Positions 61,801 through 64,000 of a DNA stretch of 64,000 nt are shown here, one piece after another. This DNA is from a virus. The translations under genes were made by a program, and so were the position numbers. The stretch lies in IMG/VR virus record IMGVR_UViG_3300022188_000007, positions 32,001 through 96,000 of that record; one strand, written 5' to 3'. The notes beneath the pieces were generated by a model that saw nothing but the letters and a program-made list of their open reading frames with translations, was not told where the DNA came from and ran no database searches. Position 1 is the first letter of the stretch; every line of letters begins with the position of its first letter.

Positions 61801-64000
61801 GAAACAGCTTACTGACTACTGGCAGTCTGTGGGTAAGGCTGCTCCAAGTAAGTTTGCTGATGGAGGGAATGTCGATGAAGAAGAGCCTGTGATTGAGTGG
61901 GGACATACTACTGCTAAAGCTGTCATGGATAAATGGACAGCGGAAGCTAAAGATGCGGCTATGTATAGATCGTTACATGCTATGTCTAGTGCTGAAGATT
62001 TTGCATTAAAATTGGATAGAAATAAAAAAGCTAGAACCGACATGACCAGAATTCTAGCTGATAACGAATACTTAGATAAAGACACCCAAGAAGGGTATGA
62101 TTATTCATTTGATAAACACCGAGGATTAAGAATACTTACTGATGAAGATTCGGGGGTGAAGGTAGGTAGAGTAATTACTAAGTCATATCGTTCTGTAGAT
62201 GAAAGTTATAGACCTAGATCTATGGCAACTGTTAAGAAACAAGTACATGACCCATTTGCTATATCCGAAGATGCTTATTCTTCTGGCGCGCTTACTGATT
62301 TCTCCGAGAGATTATCTCTAGACAGTAACTATGGTAATGAGGCTTTTAGGTACCACGGTGAGGGCCGTGATATATGGAAGAATATGCAACGCTATAAGAA
62401 ATTATTTTATGGCTCTCCGGGTGAAAGTAAAGCATCTGAAGGGTATTTAGCAAAATTTCAAGCAGGCCAAAAGAACCTTGATAAAGTACGTTTAGTGATG
62501 AAGGTTTTAGAAGAAGGTGGTAATATTTATGATGACTCCAGACTTCAACAGAAAGTGGGCGGACCAGCTAGGTTAGAGGCTTTTGATTTTGGAGGTAAGA
62601 AAGGTACTGTAGATATACCTACTAGAAATTTCAAAAGAGCTGAACTACTTAAAGAATTACAAGCGTTATATGGGGATGAATCTCAAGGGGCCATCATTAG
62701 TGCTGAGAGGATAAAGAATGAAATCTCCGCTTTAAACGCGCAGAAAATAGAAACTTCTGATGGTACAGTGGAATACATAAGGGCAGATGAACAGAAATAT
62801 ACGTCTGTTTTACAGGATATTAAAGACGCCGCCGTAATTGCACGAGGTGAGTTAGATCCTAAAGGCAAAAATGCAAGAAGACGGGCTGTTACAAGAGCTC
62901 AGTCCCCTCTATTATATAATTATTCTAATACGCTACGGGACAAAGAATTGGCAAGAGCAGGGTTCCTAAAGCAGACTGGCCCACCGAAAGATTTTTCCGA
63001 CTTCGATAAAAAAGATATTCCAGATATGAAAAAATGGCTGGCTGCTGGAGATTATGGCTATGTAACTAGTGACACAGTGCAACGAATGAAGGACTTTATT
63101 ACGAGTGAGACATACAATGTGGGTGGTGTAGCTACTAGATCTATGCCAGTTAAACATTTTGGCGGTGTGGTAACACAAACTGGCCCAGTATTTGCTCAGA
63201 AAGGTGAATACATTATACCTAAAGGATTTAAAGATGGTACTTCGGGTTTGGGTGGTGTAACCTCCAGTCCAGCTTCCCAAGCTTTAACTTCAGGATCGAT
63301 GAGATTAGATGGTTCTGAGGTATTATCACAATTAAATAGTTTAAGTTTAAAGGTGGATAATACTACGGTTAAGGTAGACACTACTGAGGCAGCAAGTAGA
63401 CTATCATCTTCTATTAGTGATGCTTTTAGTGGTATAGAACCATTTAAAGTAGAAGATAAAACTCTATTAGTAGAAGATAAGGTTTTCTCAGTAGAAGATA
63501 AAAAGTTAACTGTGGAAGATAAAACTTTTACTATTGAAGATAAAACTTTTAAGGTAGAGGATAAAATTTTCTCAGTAGAAGATAAAAAGTTAACTGTGGA
63601 AGATAAAACTTTTACTATTGAAGATAAAACTTTTAAGGTAGAGGATAAAATTTTCTCAGTGGAAGACAAAAAATTAACCGTGGAAGACAAGGTTTTTACT
63701 ATTGAGGATAAGGTTTTTAAGGTAGAGGATAAAATTTTCTCAGTGGAAGACAAAAAATTAACCGTGGAAGACAAGGTTTTTACTATTGAGGATAAGGTTT
63801 TTAAGGTAGAGGATAAAGTACTAACAATAGATGCTTCTAATATTTCAGTAGATATCGGCGATGCAGAGGCTAGATTAGCTTCAGCGATTAGCAATGCGAT
63901 TAGTAGTGCGGTAGTTAATATAAAAGTTGAGGCCCCTACTACTGGAGGGTCAGTCGGCGCGGATAAATTCGATCAGTTAGCCCAAACAGTATCAGATGTA
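40868..64000 (+). CDS. Giant tape-measure polyprotein (at least 7,711 aa, 3'-truncated): two-barrel RNA polymerase + PD-(D/E)XK nuclease + tape-measure core
   Basis: TTG 40868 follows a G-rich RBS. The same frame reads sensibly everywhere I translated it, from MVKKYIFEH... to ...DKFDQLAQTVSDV at 64000. The ORF track lists no closed ORF in this frame, which implies no stop codon. Confidence 0.9.
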   Translation, partial: MVKKYIFEHASNESKTSSKSGGSKGVAVVELSKSDQANQKKVHDGLREIKEVLKKQTKDTSSSALMRMLEKVIKASGQSSKISSAELKTLATAFANELSRKGFGGSGSATVSGPQGKALDPNIIAKAISNQIAPALKSVFKSLETKDIKIDPKSQEALRKAMESSVSDIIPSKFYKVINDLNSTLTSVLALSKTSLKAFNSAKGMASDKGGLEVKEITGFYTNLKKGSSELKTLVGHISSLVREADKLPAELRAAAKGMIDAAREAKDKTVRGARAVREGAQVPQAKLVKEVTKLLASEIKKHTTGSTNPAVNNLIKALDTFSSSADELTKLTKALDNFGKSIGSLQSDGGVDLKGLQGVLGKLEKTISAIPTEIKGGAVKSDEWKDFIDQANKVINTVKTLVVKIQLPKDEIDRFVKQLPGEFDVVANIDISNVPKAIKEITKPVGIPVKTIFSADDIQRRLRYEHPEISVTQRITTVHKQVEEYQSSKSGKAVKEVSLPNAKSEAVKFSKDLNTSVNNLIKVLEGLSKVHATAYGKPVAQGSAGDIASDRISELIHKIQDKRGNTSQLREYVDKTQGHAHKTGILSQAARDGIKEVYEILHSTTDDVFNSVKKSSDQATKNLESVSKAFDAVNKSSKQMADTAKNNLAQTQPSTIPSSRHGATSVNTARQAPASTQKEVYKYFEGNITPGKTANIDAGKKLNLGEDSRKIVQEHVSGLANSLLDLQSYMVSTLEKEFAKVRKESNSGKDWRIVGKTDTGSISDYFKLTEGYNQKTSGNEYSFKIADVKNLKRVTGSKTNDPTALISKFKEGVFKELLAKNEATIAESIGRWMKRFSESDISSWKGLDSSTARQLADIKSTHDKGQGTAPSKRMVEAIKGLGATDPSALNRIFEKTISDIEATRRLGERKYGSSVLVKKIAIPAAKLSATGAATIDTATGSKRIIPKFATYKTGFEKVFESLQKTKTFDVEQDYQGKVRKLGIRPSGTQFEEANKVAKAMLIDLSRVKDIVNATGQTTVDSGAVRADLAKQLETSVVLKAGKLEKSKHVTSASDVLAKIDKSIYAEFASGTKTMEEFIAATSKAGVSAYDLVKGMESIDFQNIYQIFQKILEGTDSVSSPLKAVGKNPDFSKSVRDLESYIGKMVGTIPIADPSRPRRASHQEKVINLMSMTSPIYSQKGKVGTQGLTAEGQKQFLRDLNLSLREFVRDTAILKDAGMGQGRLPADVRTLSSLGVPESQAGTISEYRKDGRNENTKYLAALNATTVKMYSDSLSEMAPFGAQFQQLGRNISNTTNAMAYRPGGGGVGTDFPSLRSERETKLISGGRYGDKGYGFNVIAELRNTASTFEDQIVISGKLADVLTSVTKTIVQPDKLGRLNLVGSDGQVSSSQEGRVGDIKPDQQLIGAIETANKVFQDVLGVKQEYRGRADNALIKEVTSALTTVRGKDVQVQSAKIAETFFNHYGRKFTTRYGSKGVSITAPGGTGELTGKQLKDLYADKKVKVLSKSERATAGLGTVALPKSMGQLVQEIYKEYAKELGLSNADLDESRKALINSGNKFMLSMFTDSSLGVVPEGKDVKAQQTLFTKTKKALAKLDFDLAKDISGIEGLIEVYKGMDGSKLYEEKPIDIRISSHGIAKRGLQAENLEAIMNNVIDAGVAGSTSLKTKFDPSTYKRLLGTEEDTTGKFPSLSEISKALGFESQGNPKKRGLLVKDMMKLLKSRNVPGTEDKLLAQAGKLADLEIGSSFYSDMRDEFGKSRKSLIGPKFVEVIEDPNANPAWSETDIKKQVAGQKINIPAFGAYATVFGEQSQFIKQMTSSIPLDSKKHWEYLKALQVLNDDSSEMATQLLSSAQEVDVSSLRTFTKSTGKFVSRASMSNITEMPEEDQERVLNDTILDIAKFPGAMNLKIPSTKDPSKRESFYVPGALARTTYPEPSLAGERGLDMTARRLQAVVNAAKNVDEVAGQSDESGSKKLWNTVGRIKKRLAGYRGRVKGIVGESPGTKQLTSGEVGELEGILSTLLVTLDQSSADERMLYKNQQHLKGGTRGDVIRAFKDNKSGEGKSQAQVYQTTIDQAVDQLIGPQGSPDPKNPQWASRYDKQANVLGGKAYNAGLASVEQFAKSLNVQPSDSEDDLKKALQSLERAKIEYYNTLATSALGKTGSVQEFLFNRKMPAVMGKAINATVDKTEDLDNFSKELLSISSSAGGIGVDLSALEEASENIKKIKIEHAENVESARSKGMPVLTQHQVGIPESYASKLPTNFARRYEVDGGTVQELKKPIFEKSNLAKMLDYREEIQGALDNVAPGMRSKMEAYLESELSPYLESMRFPVTGVASIQPYEAKLLKQGEGRQMTKHTLMAPGMPEIDMGKFDAAKKQVDSVIDELTEQRKLEYKEESPDLERINQLTATIAALDKAISDVIPKFIAVQQNLDFDGDQIQLHAAKTALARQEISQHFKTITDYDKQGGTTAQALRDQSTYKALIPSTEKYTLAEQQIAFSKKFPEKEGFGFMTKPFLTEGLDYLKPQEQLDILSTFPGAGGTENTPLTVLNNLLPELFRNEKHMAKIAMTLQAVKPEAGKDTASSQALLNALAKMKPVEDQPSSGREKAVFEEGIKTKLYDTKMTNAINANFFKLNTGQDTEALNRQLKLFERNLGYGGGVIRQGAQYEPTANLASRFPLDLKSMGNTMGEELHTMMNEFLRVGVQKGLDVKHAGETPIATEMANLISKGSPGVSSLIEKINAGEGSYGDLTDFAEANKKSLGRRLGGMSTEDLYLDAASIAGGRGESTTKLDPGNREELKEYITKSIGFEGFLHELSNQVIEAAHEGLMKSVSAWSDTKKQKEFKGSSAEDYVKASIRKQLKGDGINILDSAESPLMPLYKMRTSGASGYQQRGLYQDKYGDVEAPELEGIFQGKEADAYAAKYKEAKAVAKNIQDALIDFSSNKGGNKKGSYSMLLESSIENIYADQKEIMKLVQEMTLEKDRTSSSVMDRLSGDAPMHGFAREALGKKNSKTQKEFLEKYSRIVGVPSLGQESTALLKQEYLPQAAFLANAEKGPAPLQGETTDGAYQDILDAHDKAVDKLKEQYLADAIVIAQTDNILKAAKTKTGEATFLTQLLPTSKGDYASKSYDDRRQRISQIAKEKVQRANFEQLTHPRGLERDAFGRSMPSGGGPGGPGALSVGGTGPIVDVNIASVAEGVGVFLGRAAGMAKTTEDTSPRFTISEELEKKLVRAEEIVDEITGGLNKATGDSFANKYRASGLKGGQGLDQINEIKKQMQGIKAGRKARDILDSSSLLGTGIHAKLEDSYKKEYITERPVRYDSVAGEISGTVDAIKYDDNEIATHIVDIKTTSQKNYDDLKQAVARFQEKTGKETPTLDEIKDYVGKNLKDSKLGDVASQLNLYLAATSEDAKASAHFYSRTNPDQEPIKLDQFFDKERLDNDVAAVGQARREIKLEGGSFAKTASYTEAEEIEVLLKKKEVAEATIAELIATSTEYYTLVTKQGLRARKNLPSTGGLSDKSLNMIGTRAREFQAQSVKFDDMVTANPIAEGRETYKVHQNLNVLHERAKYFQQKEGYETSGPRFDKMHPQIQERVTEHGEKGPGGAAFSALVTELKDTGKIEGGEINAAWKAYRLAVGDYFVKKMAAARKELDNTDPGADNIVNVFGAYQKSVQAFQDFAKHGLGKPTDIYTYNKQYLHAESARGAGIYMDSAALQKKASQPLGEDPTLRNIFQNMTNLEGDSVPIPRDSVRAALEDLMDMDRSLINLYTNAEKVAHMGKDINLGWNFDKVKGGLSRLRAALDLQLKQPVGELYNEDQITYLRTVLKELKGLETIYISLDLDTDSFKNPTGEYKFPTLVPVPKQLSRDQQSAMHYQNIEKIKGHYRTPEAEGGAREGDSFVYNAKTFGPSGKQMDNQRFVISKYGEAINSAGKSVPILKSRLDNLNKSLVDGNRTFSVAIERVVKWGAAATLVYGGLSYIKDAVKHMSDVETAMARLQMVMNPLTTDFDSLQKAALGFAKQYGVETTDVLGSMKVFAQQGLSQGEVEERTQTSTLAANVTTLSAVDATEALTAAMKVFRAEGESSMRFLDSWSQVEARAAITAGDLADAIKKSASAGRNAGFTFDELNGMVAAIGSTTRQTGKEVGTSLRFIFRRISADKGPKALKGVGVATTTPKGTLRPGYKVLEDLAGKWEELEQAQKLSIAQAIGGTRQYNQVLVLMDNWDQVVKSTTDSMNAKGSAERRNLKLMKTYSKQLEQTKAVFSALKVEVGKVVLPSFKAGLTGIRGLVEAVNNVPASFKLAGAGMVLFVGYITKGAEALNTIMSLVDRTKLSFSALKDDFSKGIDKGMFEVFGKGTPELDSDLFGLSKLSDTGTVNIDDMESSLGKLAFGALSAGQAFNKFAGIVGSDSASAVSAVGKYVTAFGALVEKTGTGISLIPGIPGPVDEAVGVATSFTGKAIKGTGGAFDFVGDKVGKGAQSWMEGFASQNTSAMKSMAPLLGTLGGIALLAPTIIDAFKNLTQSATDYKDEQLNRLEVDAKEIDSLQGLITSYKNLQDQKEKITRLSDPKVQAKGIKRGEYKSPILEKIDALKATRTFDSNLGAMDPSMIAGFDEFGRVILSNTANLTGYLEELKRAKTVTLALSKLKIAARFTDDLTETGGNQEWKQQVKSLAAEFPLIGEMLAKNITVGPKKALEVIREELDQLLAAKAEAPMSTAFDSDIERSLTAHAKVLKTFSATYAELGKTLSSISTEGATVTDIADLYKSPDALKTFDLQAAYEDKYQIAEVRGTVSGRDIAASKVLRTQSSGLGSYIEASSVLTEANLFSAGRLPRKPKKDGTIGASDNDLVTLNKNFAEKYGIATGQATLKIGKDHKLFLEFIDALTTTPTTKEFSQAEIEAAARAFFPVDEILQKAQISVTKLNTFVAGASAGILGVSEKKLNTRQFDLGERFYDQIPTNVLLQTEKGYNTKTGTFGKQDYKEDYSSDFIDKYYDPLQKYNTAKSALGGDNASLDASVLGGLAEQLRGLQDILKNNSIAFQYRAAIEDLNKALYEGARATRKSILVEQERQKVDKHTAGFMRGKTKGVASIDQGVTNYKDLNDQQRASLMFKDYDALAKKILVQETSIEGLIGQSKSVASTYADIQEIGKAPEGFDAIMTRGRNVELMSIMDKVDNDKGAAQISMRVSELKSPLEGILANTDIMAANTYGRPGDIKRAAATAEENLVIAEQRKLAGKGPLDNTVDNKTDPVKTFKSLQKLMTIRDAAAKEGDTVTVRALDNTLADSYGRALKVYGMKDFARLTKLVAPTKFFSSNNKELVASRASALAQKGIGTTPDRMMQSIESAKMAKAALRTQSFIDKLTAFKAPEKEIERAKNRQWYVPSKEVRDYEKAYATDPSKPLINPKIFEKALIAGAILPAFQGKSLGEKRTTIEDQINRLQKQKDNYPKEGKEAEKLGIDKKIEGYQKILTDDLDPQQFVTSTLQGLSTTALAAYEGVGIFGGSQSDKENMAAVGAGLFVIMKSLESRIGKDNMPQYFKDFSKEAVDKIKIAVETGDYSDMANDLGKKTKKFLKGFNKSMEAQTEKAEDAGIDPEKDIRERRKRLKKLNATLDLESTTKSLNEVTDVGSNNLLRGLEAIAVVMTAQAVGGWKSKKGETAARVKDGVNVAKQQGLASLAYSEKNAAAVDAYIGKLVLTQKELAEKKGPDGGAINIVMDVMEDFKTSLTLAAAEGKTLEEAMSGLQDKIGDTKVFTGIYTDVAKLIGAMENFRAELQKSFTTFDDKRLLDPTRSLKGELLGFGGETTLPIGRRDMSTQQRAYAGGSDSLRSSFAVMSKGILIQEAQIKTLGFVRSQIADTEQNIDFGTKYGTSDSQLEAWEMHLKGLEGTLANLQNVTTLTSQQLQALGTSMRGAIKYSEAINKLNDALADVSVEHAVTGITGLKTYFDSFEVLLGGSDPLAAQPVSPEQERMGAKVGVRLVSGESTSMDIERAQLLTEIKNATDSKSRTAASIKLGDLDEKYRRLGIDKEQQVENQRLGSTMKPYEDFYRNMEGLLGSNELNDKQYGEISGVKNEFKEAMKRATEKIPIDEAIAQLEGQKDNLGANQFKEAMKELVAMKATGTTQVYRGMDRTKDWQGIMSRVMAGYDKEIDAYKAATGTTDLDTSLENMVTNPLVNVIGMSNLLLAELVTHFVDKKTAADILNGPQKKELEPDYLFSSIVPDKKVVLAEAQDFLKGISINPADNLKTQPYDFNNDNIDPNRGRPTLFGRPVGPISKDALGLPPIQDKVVPPPPTEVELAAKKHPRFKEMETYVKNISLDPIANLKTEPFGPNSEQDNSQIVAVNELQLVTLKKIATSLSSNGSGDSTEPTTKAAGGRIFGEGGPREDKVPAYLSPGEFVIRAAAAQRLGYENLDVMNKKGQVPVAFESGGSLNQRHITQAHQYFVDPDAVLPPEFNPESELYNKGITGKYIDLRKSMLSEEQREAVAGISTLKGLYNTFSDMAGNDEDKLNSLFPEDIMPVMERFEENKKAQEEKGILGWMKGKLKTKNKATAGARAVTGLDKAELLKEISTYADGGRTISTVTGKPIPTAEETEEGMAKMREALGFVASVGHPITSIPTSIYGMYQGFKEKGLSAQPAVEGFGGLELLNYIPQAKRLGKMKTILSKGFGRYFDNAGDVNDYFDITGKLGGKLTSSHGDDFDALLASENTFEEGGLSLWDKLLGKQFDPTERWKGKKLPSGMGKFDKPEVTKKLEDEIKATKRHDVHSFSFLREKHGFVKALQLYGAGSRLQEGADILKKADGGKIRSFIGDSTGVAEVGEELFNERINAPVLTRSVASMIKSEFGTSDVGNNQLGAPVDKLMGTSFDPSATMLKDSRAFTAVGNNIKSYASTADFNTGRAKSDKLKGNIGKGNIIPGMDGLTSIYDGFLTSKYNSPFLSQEEQSNNRAWYEATREQEITNKQKYELLGDAKTDADRKQLTDYWQSVGKAAPSKFADGGNVDEEEPVIEWGHTTAKAVMDKWTAEAKDAAMYRSLHAMSSAEDFALKLDRNKKARTDMTRILADNEYLDKDTQEGYDYSFDKHRGLRILTDEDSGVKVGRVITKSYRSVDESYRPRSMATVKKQVHDPFAISEDAYSSGALTDFSERLSLDSNYGNEAFRYHGEGRDIWKNMQRYKKLFYGSPGESKASEGYLAKFQAGQKNLDKVRLVMKVLEEGGNIYDDSRLQQKVGGPARLEAFDFGGKKGTVDIPTRNFKRAELLKELQALYGDESQGAIISAERIKNEISALNAQKIETSDGTVEYIRADEQKYTSVLQDIKDAAVIARGELDPKGKNARRRAVTRAQSPLLYNYSNTLRDKELARAGFLKQTGPPKDFSDFDKKDIPDMKKWLAAGDYGYVTSDTVQRMKDFITSETYNVGGVATRSMPVKHFGGVVTQTGPVFAQKGEYIIPKGFKDGTSGLGGVTSSPASQALTSGSMRLDGSEVLSQLNSLSLKVDNTTVKVDTTEAASRLSSSISDAFSGIEPFKVEDKTLLVEDKVFSVEDKKLTVEDKTFTIEDKTFKVEDKIFSVEDKKLTVEDKTFTIEDKTFKVEDKIFSVEDKKLTVEDKVFTIEDKVFKVEDKIFSVEDKKLTVEDKVFTIEDKVFKVEDKVLTIDASNISVDIGDAEARLASAISNAISSAVVNIKVEAPTTGGSVGADKFDQLAQTVSDV
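44690..49010 (+). other. Domain: single-chain two-barrel (DPBB) DNA-dependent RNA polymerase, beta-like then beta'-like
   Basis: FEDQIVIS 44909, GRKFTTRYGSKGV 45260, PIDIRISSHGIAKRG 45746, GQKIN 46241, GKTGSVQEFLFNRK 47345, HQVGIP 47609, RFP 47852, NLDFDGDQIQLH 48158, QKGLDVKH 48983. Confidence 0.9.
50635..51240 (+). other. Domain: RecB-family PD-(D/E)XK nuclease
   Basis: GTGIH 50762, E (ITER), GTVD 50858, DIKT 50912, QLNLY 51068. Confidence 0.8.
52742..53820 (+). other. Domain: phage tail tape-measure core (TP901-like)
   Basis: DVETAMARLQMVM...FAKQYG...FAQQG...EALTAAMKVF...DLADAIKKSAS...GKEVGTSLRFIF...DLAGKW...AIGGTRQYN...GSAERRN, followed by hydrophobic Gly/Ala segments. Confidence 0.9.
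63449..63826 (+). repeat. Coding tandem repeat: 18 x 21 bp ([VI]EDKxxx) organised as an 84-bp higher-order unit
   Basis: VEDKTLL-(VEDKxFS-VEDKKLT-VEDKxFT-IEDKxFK)x4-VEDKVLT, read directly. Confidence 0.95.

Noticed and set aside
63449-63826. Possible CRISPR array
   Set aside because: The repeats are contiguous, in frame and lack unique spacers, so this is a coding tandem repeat.
40981-63894. The many minus-strand ORFs listed in the track, including the 232-aa ORF 63196..63894
   Set aside because: They are antisense shadows of the giant + strand gene. The 232-aa one is just the reverse of the VEDK repeat.
1-64000. Alternative genetic code (stop-codon reassignment), tRNA or rRNA genes
   Set aside because: Genes pack tightly in the standard code and TAA, TAG and TGA all serve as stops. 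No tRNA- or rRNA-like sequence was recognised by eye.

Overview
This window is part of a large, AT-rich tailed dsDNA phage (Caudoviricetes, probably siphovirus-like; no tail sheath gene seen), read in the standard genetic code. Every credible gene is on the + strand. 1-10.3 kb is an accessory block: a wHTH (replication-initiator-like) gene followed by palindromic direct repeats, a beta-propeller protein, a canonical ClpP, a coiled-coil protein paired with an actin-like ATPase, an M15 endolysin, a cold-shock protein, a dNMP kinase and an HD hydrolase. 10.3-40.8 kb is the morphogenesis module: TerS/TerL, portal, prohead protease, scaffold, decoration protein, major capsid, fibre and Ig-like proteins, neck proteins, tail tube and tail chaperones, interrupted by three paralogous HNH endonuclease genes. 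The main feature is absent from the supplied ORF track because it has no stop codon in the window: one reading frame from TTG 40868 to beyond 64000 (at least 7,711 aa). In order it carries a single-chain two-barrel RNA polymerase with beta-like then beta'-like motifs (including NLDFDGD), a RecB-type PD-(D/E)XK nuclease, a tail tape-measure core, a C-terminal region punctuated by xxxGG motifs, and a nested 7/28-aa tandem repeat. This looks like a tape-measure protein that delivers its own transcription enzyme and a nuclease at injection. All calls come from manual motif reading; no database searches were run.
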